Assembly (NCBI GenBank): GCA_903813345.2
Contig: CAIIXF020000001.1
Coordinates: 45,322,001 to 45,386,000, forward strand
Length of the DNA: 64,000 nucleotides
Reading direction: 5' to 3'
DNA from: Owenia fusiformis
Lineage: Eukaryota
Shown here: piece by piece, positions 43,389 through 58,380 of the stretch
Layout: each line of letters opens with the position of its first letter
Position numbering within the stretch: the first letter of the stretch is position 1
The notes under the pieces: generated by a model
Seen by the model: the letters and a program-made list of their open reading frames with translations, nothing else
What the model was told of the DNA's origin: nothing
Database searches by the model: none
Translations under genes and position numbers: made by a program

Positions 43389-46300
43389 ATTGTCTCGTAT
43401 CCCTTATGTTTGCATAGAACGGTCTCTCAGTATCTTTTCTATTTACAACCCAGCTTCTGCAACATATAAAAATAACACATGGACTACTTCACTTGAGATT
43501 CACCTTGCTTTACACAGTTAAACATGTGTTTACATAAAACTGACACTCTCTTTAAAAGAAGTAAAGGACATATTTGCATTTGTCAGTGGGTCATAAATAA
43601 TGATTAAAGAACGAACTCGTCAACCCTGTGCAAATATTCAACTGAGAGAATTGTTTTTGGAGTAATGTTCAATCATGGTGCAGTCAGAAAATCAGGACAT
43701 TGTATTTTTGTTCATATCCGATATTTATTTTAGAACCATATTTCCATGTAAAAAGTCACTGAAAATCAACCCTAAAGTCATCAACAATAGTCGGAGGGCA
43801 GCGTAACAATGAAGCAGATTGGAATTCAGGATAAATTTTGTCAACCCTTTCCTCCAACCTCACGACCCAGGGTAAACTCAAATGAACTAAAACAAAAATT
43901 GTAGAGATTACTTGCAAATAAGTTATAGATCCCCTGCAAAGAAGGATTTCAACCAGATTTCAACCAGACCGATGGGATTGATTTGGGTTTCTTGCATATC
44001 CAAAGGATCACTCTGGTTACTATCCTTATCTAAATCGTCTGGCTGTAGTGCGATATTAACCACTGTAAATGGGAGTTTTGATATCATTGGCCTGATATCT
44101 AATTTGATTAGTCTTGCTCCAAGACCCTGGACACTATCTACTCTAACAACTGTCGTTAGATGGGATACAGTGATACTACAGGGTCTTGAAGCAATACTAC
44201 TAAATGATCTGAAATGTAACTTTTATGCCTTGGATCGGACTTTGAATATGAAATGAATAACAGAAGTAAAAATTGTTGTGTAGTGATCATCTGACTCATA
44301 TCCCGCAATAAGACATATAGGCTTCACCAAAGAATTAATTCTTATTTTTAAATTTAGAGTTAAGATTCGTTAGAATCTTTCGTAGCGTAACTGATTATAG
44401 AAATATTTATTACTTCCTTTCCTCTGATCATATACTGTAGGTATCCTTATCAAAAGGGCATAAAGATTAGTCCCTAGTTATATCCAGTCACATCCATATT
44501 GTACACAGTTGGATCCTAAGCCATCCCTTGGAAATTGGAATACAATTACTATTGTACACAAGTTTTAGATAAATACTAGAGACCGATAAATCAGAATAAG
44601 TTTGGGTAACAAGATGGCTATGGTTCCGGTTGGAAAATTCGGTAAAATTTTTCTATGAATCGATTTATCGAGAAAGCATAAATCATCCCAATCTTTTCGG
44701 TACAAACATGTATAAGCATCATTTGCCTATACATATTATAGTTATAATTCCTCACTTTTGTCACGAAAACGAAACTTTAAAAACGGTTAAGATCTGCACT
44801 TTTAACCCGATCCGTTTACGTAACAATAGTGACAGATTCTGTTGTCTTTTGGGCTATTTGTTCGCAAACGTGTACATCCTTCCTTAAACATATGATACGT
44901 TTGTGATAAAAATGTCACGAGAACTCTGCCGACAGCTCTTGAAATAAAGAAAATCGTATTTTCGAGGTTCCGACATTTTGTTACCGAAACGAATCCGTTG
45001 GGGTAACCAGTCTGAAGAGTGCAGTACCAGTGATTGTTGGATCCACAGTCACTACTATCTTTGGAAGAGGGTAGACTCCCAAGTAGTTAGATAAATAGAG
45101 GGACTATAATAATTCAGAATGAGTTGGACACACCCTGAATACAGAATCTGAATATTCTTGCTTACATTCCCAATCCACTGTAAGAAACGATCGAGCCATA
45201 TGAATCAGAAATGACAGACACACAATCGTTGGTTTATCCTATCTACCATCCACTGGATTCCACTAGACAACTAAATCTGAATAATTTTGAGATAAAAACA
45301 CAGTTCTCTCTTATATTTGAGGTAATTTGAAGTAATTTGTCAGCCTTTCAGCACATTTTACTTTGAAGCTTCACCATCTTTTGATGTTTTAGATAATTTG
45401 TGATGTTAAGTCGTCCCAGACCAGTAGACCAGTAGACCTACCTGTTCGCAATCATATGAGAAGATGTACGGATGATGACGAAACTTGTTCAAAATCACAA
45501 ATTGTTCGAAAATGTCGACGTATATAAATCCTTAAAAATTCCTTTGCAAAGGATCAACACATAAATCGAGTGTATCAATGTACTTCTCTGTACCGAGTTT
45601 ATAGCATGTTTGATACACGGAATATATTTATGTTCTCAGCTCAGGTATTTTATTTGGTCATTCAAGCCAATCAGAGGTCACAACATACTAAGAAAGTACA
45701 AAGGTAATATAATGGTATGCGATTTTGTGGTTTCCTAAATGTTTACGATCATTGAACCGTTTTCTGGTGACACGTCAACTAGAAAATAAAAACATTATTT
45801 GCCTGGCAAAGAACAAATTACAACTTGCATGCTTCCTTATTCTTTGATAAATAGAAAAATGACATAATGATCGAATTGGGATTGCAGGTAAATGGTGCTT
45901 CTATTCCATGGTGAAATTGTCATATAAAATATTGCCCACATGTTCCGTCACCTTGTCTTAGGTTCTTATGAATTCTTGGTAGGCCTATGATAGTACTTAT
46001 ATACTGTTCATTCGATCATGATTTCATGATTTATCATGTATCAAGTGTCGGTTGAATCTGTTGAAACTTAATGGTATACCATGGGATGACCCTGTTCATG
46101 TACGTATTGTGATTTCTCATGAAAATGTTGGTTGTCGAACGAATAATCCATGGAATTTTAGCATTGCATCAATGGATAAATTAGAGGCCCAAATATTCTA
46201 GAAATCGTAAAAGTCATGGAAAATATCATAATTGTATAAATTAGAGGTCTTTTAATGTGCAAATCTCTTAAAATGTCACGAAAAAACGAGAATTAGTGAG

Positions 46301-46849
46301 ATTTCAAAGCAATAATATAGAAACTCCCCTATTAATTAATTTACGCAAGTCAAAATAAATACGCCAAGAGAACTTAGGAGCCCAATACTGACATTTACAT
46401 GTGGGCTGGCATTATACCAATTTCTAATAATAGGTCACTTACTTATGTAAACTTATTAATTTGTTAATGGAGCCTGAACATAAAACAACAGTGTAATATA
46501 ATAACACAATTCACTAACAATTCACAGCATTTTGTCATCTTGGATTACCATGGTATGGAGTAAAATTAAACTGGTATACGAGTATGGCATTATTTCTTAC
46601 AAATAGAGAATATTCACGATCGGGTCCTTTTGTGAAGGCGGTTGGTCATGCGCGATATTATTAGCAAAAATGTCCAACGATGTCCTACGTTATATGCAAT
46701 ATTAAAGGGTCGGAGTACCGACCGTTCCCCGTACTTAACATCTTCCGAAAGCAGTGTTCCAGCCATCATCCACTACGTTCCTTCTTCCAGAAGAAGGAGG
46801 TACGAGTTCTAGAGGCCTGTGTTAGGAGGATGCGTACTTAATTTTCAGT

Positions 46850-47668
46850 GAGCATGTTCATTCTTTCCTGGAAAGTATCCATTCGATATTTGAACTTGTC
46901 CTGGATGATTATTTCCTTGGAATATGTCCATTTTTCCTTGACAATGTCCATTCTTTCCTTGAATATGTTCATTCTGAATTCCCTAAAACATGTCCATTCT
47001 ATCCTTGAACATGTTTACTCTTTGCTTGTCTTCGACATGTTCATCCTTTTCTTGATCATGCATATTCATATTTTTATATCATATTTTTCTTGAACATGTT
47101 CATTCTTTCCTTGGACAAGTCCATTGTCTACTTTAACATGTCCATTGTTTCCTCTACCATGCCCATTTTTTTCCTTTGACATGTCCATTGTTTCTTTTAA
47201 TATGTTTATTCTTTCCTTGAACATGCCCATTGTTCCCTTTAACATATTCATTCTTTCATAAAACAATCCATTCTTTCCTTGAACATGTCCATTGTTTCCT
47301 TTAACACGTCCATTATTTCCTTGAACTTGTTTATATTGTTTCCTTAACATGCCCATTCTTCCTTTGAACACGTCCATTGTTTCCGTAAATATATCCATTC
47401 TTTTCTTCTTTTGTCCATTCTGTCATTGAACATGCCAATTCTTTCCAAAAGCAGTCCATTCTTTCATTGAACATGTCCATTGTTTCCTTTAACACGTCCA
47501 TTATTTCCTTGAACTTGTATATTGTTTCCTTTAACATGCCCATTCTTTCTTTGAACACGTCCATTGTTTCCGTAAACATATCCATTCTTTTCTTAAACAT
47601 GCCCATTCTGTCATTGAACATGCCCATTCTTTCCCAAAGCAGTCCATTCTTTCCTTGAACATGTGCAT
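46850..47668. repeat. 21-bp minisatellite
   Basis: T(G/T)AACATGTCCATT(G/C)TTTCCT unit repeated; explains the heptad-like ORFs on both strands. Confidence 0.9.
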
Positions 47669-48849
47669 TCCACCCTTTAAAATATAAATTTTTCGGTACA
47701 ATCTGACAAGGTTCCTTGGGGTCAACATGTGCTATATGCTGTGCAGTGTATGGCGATGTTGAATGACTTAATTGACATATAAAATAATGAAGTACATTTT
47801 TGGAATGTGCGTTATCATTGTCTTCAGGTCTTACGGAGAAATCTCTCTCAATGTTTGTTTGACTCGATTACGTAGATCTGTTATTATTCTACGATTAGCT
47901 TAGCAAAGGATGTACAACTTGACACGTGATTGATTTTACAAGATTATACAGAAGAATTACATGAGGAACGATATTACTGTATTTCCATACAGTGTTTGCT
48001 AATAAAAACCAAATGAAGTTTATTCAATATGATGACATGTTTCGCATTGTAAAAAAGGAACAAAACGGAATCTGCTCATAAATTCGCATATGGTCGACAT
48101 CAATTGTGTCAATTTGAAATTGCCAAGGCAACACAAGTGTGTTGTGTCCAACAGAGGGCAACCGGTTTGGCTGACTACAACCATTCTATATAACCACCAT
48201 GAAGTGGTGATGTGTGGCGCTGTAACAAATCGGAATCTGTAACAATTGTTACACTTTTGTAGCCGTTAACAAGAGGTGGTGACATATCCCTTGTATAAGG
48301 TTCTCTCTCATAAAAGGGATCAAAGCAACGCTATCCTCAATAGCTTAGAGCGATGTATTTTATAGAAAGTACTCTATAATTGCGCAATATTTTATAATCA
48401 ATGTCACATTAGGTTTAAATCTTCTCGAATTCCGTGAAACACAAGTCGGAAGTCCTTGAGCCAGAGGCGGTGACTTTTCGAGCGCCTTGTGTATCGAATG
48501 ACATAGAATTCAATATAACGGCGATCAAACAGATTCCTTCGACACGTTGTGTACGAGTCCCTAATTATTACGACAAATTGTTTTCGTTGTTTTCATCTGA
48601 AATCGATTTTTGCAGTCAATGCAATGTCATCGAAGTTAATAAATATCCCACAAAATAGTTTGAGTTGGTTCTAGCCCTAAATACGTATGACTACCAAGAC
48701 TATGCGACTACCAACACCATGCGATTACCCTGATACACGAGGGCCCATCGCTTACCAGCATTTAGACTTATCATAAAATAATTGAATGGTAATATTTTTT
48801 AGTGATCAAGTCAGAATTGGAATTAACACAGCAAAAAATGTGAATCAAA

Positions 48850-49364
48850 CCACTGAATCCTGGAGTCAGGATTCATACAGGATTCATATGCACATATGAA
48901 TCCTGTATGAATCCTGCCTCCAGGATTCATACAGGATTCGCTGTTTAAATAGTTTACAAATGAATCCTGCCTTCAGGAATCATACAGGATTCATATGCAA
49001 TATAGTTTACAAATGAATCCAGCCTTCAGGATTCGTACAGGATTCATATAGAAGGTAGTTTGCAAATGAATCCTGCCTTCAGGAATCATACAGGATTCAT
49101 ATGCAATATAGTTTACAAATGAATCCAGCCTTCGGGATTCGTACAGGATTCATATAGAAGGTAGTTTGCAAATGAATCCTGCCTTCAGGAATCATACAGG
49201 ATTCATATGCAATATAGTTTACAAATGAATCCAGCCTTCAGGATTCGTACAGGATTCATATAGAAGGTAGTTTGCAAATGAATCCTGTAGCCAGGATTCA
49301 AGCAGGATTCATATGCAATATAGTTTACAAATGAATCCAGCCTTCAGGAATCATACAGGAATCA
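48850..49364. repeat. Left subterminal array, 53+53-bp dimer with GAATCCTG/CAGGATTC motifs
   Basis: Period 106 (48961, 49067, 49173). Confidence 0.92.
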
Positions 49365-51195
49365 AACGAAAATTGGAATTGATGTGTATGTTTCTATTCT
49401 AACACTCACATTGGCGTATCGCATATATTACGCCAAATGCGCACAGGCGTACCAAATGAATTCGAAAAATTTAATAAAAATGTGTAATTATTTAAAAGTT
49501 GTTCTGTGTGCTAATTTAAAATACATTGTTTTATTTATATTGTCTTCCCCGAATGGGTATATAAACTTTAAATATACATGTAGCCATGTTTATTGAAAAA
49601 AGGACATTGGTTTTATTCGGTCCGTTTTATTCTTATTGGTATTAACTCGCAAATGTCACTACTGGAAATGGTTTTGTGTGGCCATGGCAGGGCAAGAAGG
49701 GCCCCCGAGGGTCAAAAGGGGCCGTTCTGTAAGATAACTTCTTCGGACGGGAGGTTTTTTACCACAGACTTACAGAAGTGGTGCCGTTAAAAGAGTTTCT
49801 TCTTGGAGAAGGTGCCGCCTAAATGAAACAAAGTGCAATGGCCATTGAGATCGATGCTGTCCCTGTCAGGAGATAATATCAGGCGATGTATATTTGATGA
49901 TAAACAAACTTGGTGGGCCATCTTGCCCAATGGTTCTTCTTATCCTGGGTCTCTTACTCCGCTCCTACGCCCATTTCTCATTTCTTAATGCTAATATAGA
50001 ATGCGTCACGTGTTATGAAAGATTAGTAGGCCTCAATATTACAATTTGAACCCGATTTTGAAGCATCCTTCAAGATCGGTCCTTCACTGCTTTCATAGCA
50101 GCTCATGAATGTCACAATGCAATGAATTACTCTTGGGCCGCAGGGATGATTTTGAAGCACCCCTGTAAGCCTTTAAATTACATTGAAATGATAGGCCCTA
50201 GGATAGATACGATCAATAATTCATTGGGAGTTCGATTTGGTATCTTTGGTGTTTGCTTTGGAATAGCCTAATCCCGGGGGAATAATCACGAATCTCGCGA
50301 ATCTACCCGGGGAATCTACCTTACGTGAAAGTTAGTTAGCCTACATTCTATTGACAACGTAACATTCATTTGTCATCGTGACCTGCAGGTCATGCGAACC
50401 ATCAACATGCAATGGTGTATGTTTACAAAAAACTGGAAATCAGGAGTTTTATTAAGACGGGACTTCCCCTTTTTATGTCACCACCAAAAGTGGTCACATA
50501 TTGTTAAAGTCTCCAACTTTTTTATGTACGGTGTTTAGCGTCTGGGGTCGGCGTTCAGCGTCTGTAACAAATGGCGGGTGGTGACATTTTTCATGTTTAT
50601 GCCTTGTTTAATATTTAAGGCTCCAAATGAAATATGATATCTGATATCATCATGATGTTATTCTTATTATATTATTCTGTTTTGCAGGTGCCAATGAGTA
50701 TGACACACAAGCAGTGACAATTGAGTTATAGCCCAGGGAGTTCAAGTTTATGCATCTTGCCTCAAGTAAAGTGTTAGTCCTTAAAGACAGGACTGTTGGG
50801 GAAATGGCACAGTTGCTTGATGCAAGAGTAAAACTTTGAAATAACCATAGATAATATTACAATAGATAAAAGTTTGGCATGCATTATTTTTTTCGTTTCA
50901 TTATTAGATTTGAGAGCAGGTAGACGTATACAGCAGTGCAGTGAATTATGTTTGTATTTTAAGAAGTTGTTTTTCAGGTGTGACCAGCGATGATTGCAGG
51001 CATGAATACACTTTAAATATATTTCCTAACATATTCCTTCAGTAAATACACCCGTTTGCATGTTTTAAATAAGCCGTAAATAAAATGTTTAAACTTTGTT
51101 AGCATGGTCTATAATCTACAACGACCGTCAAACCTGTTTAGGTTTTGATTTGTTTTGTTGAAATTAGATTAAGAAATTAGTCTTTCAAATGTCAC

Positions 51196-51420
51196 CAGCA
51201 TGGGCGTAGCCAGGGGGGGGGTGCGATGGGTGCGATCGCACCCCCCCCCCATAACCTTTGAAAATATGACCATTGGATAGAGGTAGAAAAGAGCTTTAAA
51301 ATGCTTTTTATTTGAAGCTTCTAGCTCAATTTTGAAGGAAGTTGCATCAATTTTTGTAAAATTCAAAAGAAAACTTAATTTTTTGTGTTGCTTATGGCAA
51401 AATCGCACCCCCCCCCCCTG
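51196..51420. mobile_element. GC-rich MITE-like fragment nested in the 9.6-kb element
   Basis: GGGCGTAGCCAGGGGGGGGGTGCGATGGGTGCGATCGCACCCCC; a similar terminus, CAGGGGCGTAGTC, lies at about 52985. Confidence 0.45.
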
Positions 51421-54400
51421 ACCGAAAACGAAAACTCTTTAGGGTTGAGGATTCACGTCGGTTTAAATTAGAATAATTCTTTACTATCTGGTTTTGTTTG
51501 CTTCATTGTGAAATGTTCATCGAATTGTTATTTTTCGAATCATTTCCATTTCGTTACATAAGTTATTTGGAATAAACTTAATTTCAGCTAAAATGCAGGG
51601 TAGTGCATGGCTGTTTTTGAAAATTTTTATTTTAACCTTTTGTTGCTTATCACCGTATTAATTATGAGCACAAGTTTTTATGTTTGTTTATTTGTTTTTA
51701 TTTCTTATACAAGTACAAGTAAGTTATACATTGCAAGTCACACCCGTAGCAAACCCTACATTGCCTTACAAAGTTAACATGAGCAGTTTCGAGAAACATT
51801 AGAATATGGGAGGGGTTCAAGAAGAGACCCGGTGTAAAAGGGTAGGAGGTCAAGACAGTATCTGTTGGAATGTTATATATTTCCCTATCCATTATATGAT
51901 AGGCGTATGCATGAGTGGAGGGTTGTGGAAATAGGGCCTCGTGAGAGATACATGTACTTGACAGTCAGTAATTGTTTACGCCCCCCCCCTTCCTTGAAAT
52001 GCTGAACTAATGTGCTTTTTGTTCATTGAAACAATACGAAATCAAAATTGATTAGTTTCCTAATTACAATAAAAACAAACGGCTGATTAGAAGATTACAG
52101 TGACTGTTTCCCGTCATTACATAACAATGTTGAAGGTGGGCAAAGGAAATCGAGTCTGTATTGATCTAGTTAATAAGCATGATACGTGATTATAAACGTA
52201 GAGTAAAGGAAATGCCAGGATTTTTTTTTAGCATTCTCATTGTAATCAGAACTATGTGAATTTATACCATTCGCTTAGACATGGGCTAAAATTTTGATTC
52301 TTTTCAGCCTAATATTCTATCCAACAGCATTAAATGATCAAACTCAATTATTTAGTAAAACTTCAATAAGGGATCACGTGAATTTCGATACAGCGGTAAA
52401 TGAAAGTTTTATGCTTATTATGCGGGAACTATGAAATATTAGATTTAATTACCTAGGTACCGTATTCGAGGGGACATTTTATCCTTTTTAGATTTTATAT
52501 CGATTTTGACATTTTTGGCCTCTGGCTATGAAATATGTCTCTGATATTTATGTATTTCCCGAGAGAAAATTGGACATTTCCAGTATCATAATAGACACCA
52601 ACTTTTAAATCCTAGTAACAGATTTAGAATTCCTATTTTAAAATCAAGAGTCAGTTTAATCAGGAATTCATTGATCAAATGCGATCGAGATAGACTGGCG
52701 GACAGGATGAGCTGGGATGCAATCAGGAAGGCGCTCAGTTGTTTATATTAATTATTGGGTCTTATAACACCTTAGTATAGTATACCCCTCCCTCCCAAAT
52801 CACAACTTCGCAACCACCGTCAATTTTATAATCAAATCCCTTTCCCTCACTAATGCAAATACATGAATAAATATAATATTGGAGTGAATTGCATGCGTTT
52901 CGAATGAAGTTATCTTTGTAGTACTAGTATTAATTTGTTCAAACAAGTTTACAGAAGATAAATGAAAGGGGACAAAGGGAAACACAGGGGCGTAGTCAAC
53001 TTTCAGTCAGGGGGGATGCGATTGCCCCTTAAAAATTCGATTTTCAGTCAGAATGGGGTGGGGGTGCGATTAGCAAGCCACAATATTTTTTTAAATAATA
53101 AATCAAAACAAAGCTTTTTTTAAATTATGAATGTAACATTTAAAGATTAGACTGCAGCTTCTTGAAAAGAAAGCAGAACGTGTCATCACCGCCAACAAAA
53201 CCAGAAGTCTGTTATATTATTAGTCTACAAAATGTCCGGTGACTTAGCTGTATGGAATTTTGAAATATAAAAATTTTATTGTAGATATATAACATAAACA
53301 CATCAACATAGAAAAATTCAATACAGTTATATTGTAACAATATTCATATTATATTAATATTAGAGGGACCAAACACATTCGCTATTGCTAAGGTTTCTAC
53401 GACTTTAACTGTCTTATAAGCATCTTGATCCATCAAGGTATTACAATATTGTATGACTGAAGGAATACACTGGTATGCTATGTCAGAGCATGAAATTACA
53501 ATTACACTATGCTTAATAGGCGGCTTCATACTCCTTACGTCTCAAAATCTCTTAATTTTCAAATGGGAGTATATCATTTTCGTGAGCGGGATTTGGCGGG
53601 ACAATACGATTTTCTTTCAAAATCAAAAATATTCCAAGGTGTTATTCATCGGGAAGTAGTATCATGGGATAAATTTAGATATATCATTGCATCCCACGAC
53701 CGGTTTGATTATCAATACGCAATCAGCCTGGTACTGGTCAACAGTAATAAATAACAGACGCTAATAAGACACAGGATCCAATCAGGTTAATTATCGTCTT
53801 TTATTGTCTTAAGTCTCAGCGTACCTTGTAAGATAATCATTCCCGTTTGATTTTGTTTGAATCGAAATTAAACGGAGGAGGGGGGGGGGTGAACATTTAA
53901 ATCTTAATTTTATTCCTTACAATAGTTAAGAAAACAAACAAAAGACCATTCACTTATCCATCAATTTCCGTGCTCTGCGGATGTTTGGCTACTTTGATTA
54001 CAGAAAAGTCTGAACATCATCCAGGACTCTGATTGCAGCAGAAGTCGTCTAGGACTCTGATTATAGAAAATATCGTCTTAGCCTTTGATTACAGAGATCG
54101 TCTAGGTTTTCATCTTTAGACCCACCTTGTGGATTGAGTGTATCATGATCACTTCCAGAGTGATGGGGGCAGGGGGTTCACATTAAACAAAATTGGTCAT
54201 CACTTAAGTTTAAAAAAAAGCTCAGAATGATGAAAAACTGCACGATTTTAAATAAATTTTGGAGAAAGGCGTTCTTGAACCCCCCCCCACCCCCTTCTCT
54301 GACTAGGGGTCTGACTTTGTCAAATGTCATGGAGGTCGCAATTATATTCATAGAAAAGCATAAATTAAATAACTTCCCCACATTTTTACGTCTTTGCCTC

Positions 54401-57400
54401 TCTATGTTTGATTTTTATTTTCTTATCCCTCAGGAAAAAAACTAAAAATAGAAGGACATGTGATTTGATCGTATATCCTATACCCCAAAGGTCTCAAAAG
54501 TTTTAAATTATTTTTGAAAAACCTCTACCACAGAAATAACACCGGAGGAGATGGAAATGACTTTGAGCCTTGCAAGTTAATGTTTCAAAAGTACACAAGC
54601 GTTTGCGTGTATACTTCGCGTGGCTAAAGTTCTAAACTAACTGTCAAAACAAAACAAAGAATGCAATTTTATTGGCGATCATGCACATGCTCTCTTCGAG
54701 AGCTTTACCATACTTAAGTCAATTATCAGCAAACTTTATGAATTAAAATCAATTGTAGGCTATATGGAATAAGCTAACTCCTGTTAAAGATTAGTATAGA
54801 CAAAACACATAGATAGAACAAAAAGTCCTTTGAAAAGTATATCAAAATGAAAAATGGATAATAAATATTTCAAACATATAAATCCGCTTATTAAAGAATA
54901 ACAATTAACACAACTGGGAAAAATGTTCATGCCTTATAATCAGCCATATCGATGCAGATAAAACCGTCTAGATAGAACAAGTAACAATAACGAAAACAAT
55001 TAGCAGATCCATGCCAATTAATTAATTATCGGACTTTGGATTTTTCTTAGTTTATACTCGCTTCAACAACTGCGCACCCCTCTCTTGTCAGTAAACACAG
55101 GTCGGAAGAAATCATCATGAGATTTTGACATTGTACTTTCATCAACTGTAACATAAAGACCGGCGTGTTATAATCTTGACGACTCATTTAACCTGCCATA
55201 TATTGCCCGTGTTGTCGTAATTTTCAAATTTGATAAACAATTTTCGAAACCGTATTTTTAGATGTACTTTTTCATGTAGATTTCAAATTATGACATCACT
55301 TTGACTGAATTTTGAATATTTAATGACGTAAATCAAAATTATTTCTACTCGCATCTAGTCTACCTTGTATTTCAAGGGGAATCTGTGAAACAGAATACAA
55401 ATATTATACGATATATTAAGAAGGGAATGATAAAGTATGTAAAATTCCTGCTGAATATACAGTATGCATGTATGAATCTGGGAAATCTCTCGGTGTATCG
55501 AATGTTACGACGATCGGAACATTCACTGGTTTAATCCAGGAGGTTTAATCTCCCGACGTGATATACAGCAAGTACTCCCGGGCAAGTACAATCCTTTGGA
55601 ATACCAAAGCGTTAGATAAAGTGAGACTCTAATAGATCAGAATGTCCCGACACGGAAATCAGAATGACAGAAATATAATTTTGAATAATTTTGGGAGGTA
55701 GGGAATCGCACAATTTTGTAATTCCAATGCTGCCCTTTGTGTTTTATCAACGTTATACAACGATGCAAACAAAACAGATCGTATTTAAATCTTATTCTAA
55801 TTTTAATTCCTACATGAAATCTCAGCCCCCCCCCCAAACACTAGTAACATTTTAAAGACTTTATCTAATTCAAACAATCAAATCAAATCAAAATTAAAAC
55901 ATGCAAACAGGTATATCTGCTTATGGAGGAATATCCGAAGAAATGTGTGACGCTGGTTTTCAGTCCTTAATCGCCGCTTAATACCTGAAAAGCAACTTAT
56001 CTGCTTATTATAAGTTATCAAATAATTTAACAATTAAACAGAAACAATGCATGCCAAACATTTATCTATAATTGTTATATTATGGTTATTTTATAGTTTG
56101 CACTTGTATCGAGCAACTGTGTATCGGGCTGTGTATACGGGCCCTTTCTCAAACCCAATATTGGATTTAACACGTCACTTGAGGCAAGATTCATAAACTA
56201 TATCTCCACGGGCTATAATTTGAAGAACGCCACTGACGGATCTGTCCCTTTTGGATGGGCCGTATTGTTCTTGTGTGTATCTTACCCACGGGAACCTACA
56301 AAACAGATATAATTGCATTGTGAAAAGGAAGTCCCGTCTCTATAAAACTTCCTAGAATAAGATTCAAGCAGTGTAAACATCCATATTTGCAAAAATAACG
56401 ATAAACCACTGTCATTAAGTAGTTGTAGTACCATATTCGTATAGCTTTTGGGAAAGACGATAAAACGCAAAATATGATTGGAATATTTGCTGAAGTCTGG
56501 GATCGATGATCTGACAGAAAATTTAAGGAAGGCGTTGATCATGACTGAGCAAAATGAAAGAGCAAAGTAATAATAATTGCAATTTATGTTTATCATTTCA
56601 ACTATTCCGAGTCAGAGAAATCAAGAATAAAAATGAAACTTTCCTTAGATATCTGTCGTATTGGCTTTACCGGGAAGGCTAGTTCTGGGGGGGGGGGTAG
56701 CGCTTGTTTAAATTTTAAATTATTAAGATCAAAATGGTAAGGTCATATTGACGAATTTCCAAAATGACAAATTATTGTGCAGTGCGTTAAATTGGAATAT
56801 CTTTTGATTCTTTTCCACTGGGGTACGCTAATATCCGATCTTAGTACTTCAATATTTTTGTTTGAAAGCAAGATCTTTAATGTAAACATCCGCATTTCAA
56901 TATATCCTGAGACTATCATAGAATAATTCTGTGAATCCCAAGCACAACCCATTACAATATCAGTCTATAAGTCAATCTGTATTACAACAAATGAATAATA
57001 ATCCCGAAAACAGTTCAACTATATTTGGCTTTGACTTATTTGTTTGAGAGGGATACGAAATCTAGGAATAAAAGTCACCGACGGTCCAACTTCAACGAAC
57101 AATCTACATGTACAGACTTATCTTACTAATTTAAATAATTATTTGTCCTCATCGTGATTTGCCCGTCTGATTATACAGGTTTTACTTTCAATTTAGCCTC
57201 ACTCAGACACACAAATAAAATGTAAAATTATAACATCATATTATAAAAACATTATCCAACCTCGAATTAACACTAATGAACACGATGTGATGACTTTATT
57301 ACTATCTATGAGGAACCATTAAACAATTATGAACGAAATCCAGATACGTACAGTTTATTCATGAATTTGGAATATAATGTCGCAATTCATTCTAAATATC

Positions 57401-57680
57401 TGTTAAATATCGAATCTCTTACATTACGAATCTCTTATTAAAATATATTCTATTTATACAATATTGTTTTTCCCGTCATCCGTGATTTCCACATGTTGAT
57501 TGTATTCTATTTTATCAAATGATCGGAAAGTAATACCATGAAATGAGTAGCATTAGACATGTTAGATTATACGCCCTTGAATTACACTTATAAACACGAT
57601 GTGATGATTGTTTCATTTACTTAGAGGAACGCATTAACAGATTAATCAATTATGAACGAAATCCAGATACGTACGATGTA

Positions 57681-58380
57681 AGGATTCATATAGAAGGTAG
57701 TTTGCAAATGAATCCTGCCTTCAGGAAGGCAGGATTCATTTGTAAACTATATTGCATATGAATCCTGTATGATTCCTGGAGGCTGGATTCATTTGTAAAC
57801 TATATTGCATATGAATCCTGTATGATTCCTGAAGGCAGGATTCATTTGCAAACTACCTTCTATATGAATCCTGTACGAATCCTGAAGGCTGGATTCATTT
57901 GTAAACTATATTGCATATGAATCCTGTATGATTCCTGAAGGCAGGATTCATTTGCAAACTACCTTCTATATGAATCCTGTACGAATCCTGAAGGCTGGAT
58001 TCATTTGTAAACTATATTGCATATGAATCCTGTATGATTCCTGAAGGCAGGATTCATTTGCAAACTACCTTCTATATGAATCCTGTACGAATCCCGAAGG
58101 CTGGATTCATTTGTAAACTATATTGCATATGAATCCTGTATGATTCCTGAAGGCAGGATTCATTTGCAAACTACCTTCTATATGAATCCTGTACGAATCC
58201 TGAAGGCTGGATTCATTTGTAAACTATATTGCATATGAATCCTGTATGATTCCTGAAGGCAGGATTCATTTGTAAACTATTTAAACAGCGAATCCTGTAT
58301 GAATCCTGGAGGCAGGATTCATACAGGATTCATATGTGCATATGAATCCTGTATGAATCCTGACTCCAGGATTCAGTGGT
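57681..58380. repeat. Right subterminal array (reverse complement of 48850-49364, with more units)
   Basis: Same 106-bp dimer in inverted orientation. Confidence 0.92.

Noticed and set aside
46848..47728. Coiled-coil-like ORFs on both strands
   Set aside because: They result from a 21-bp minisatellite with frame-breaking indels.
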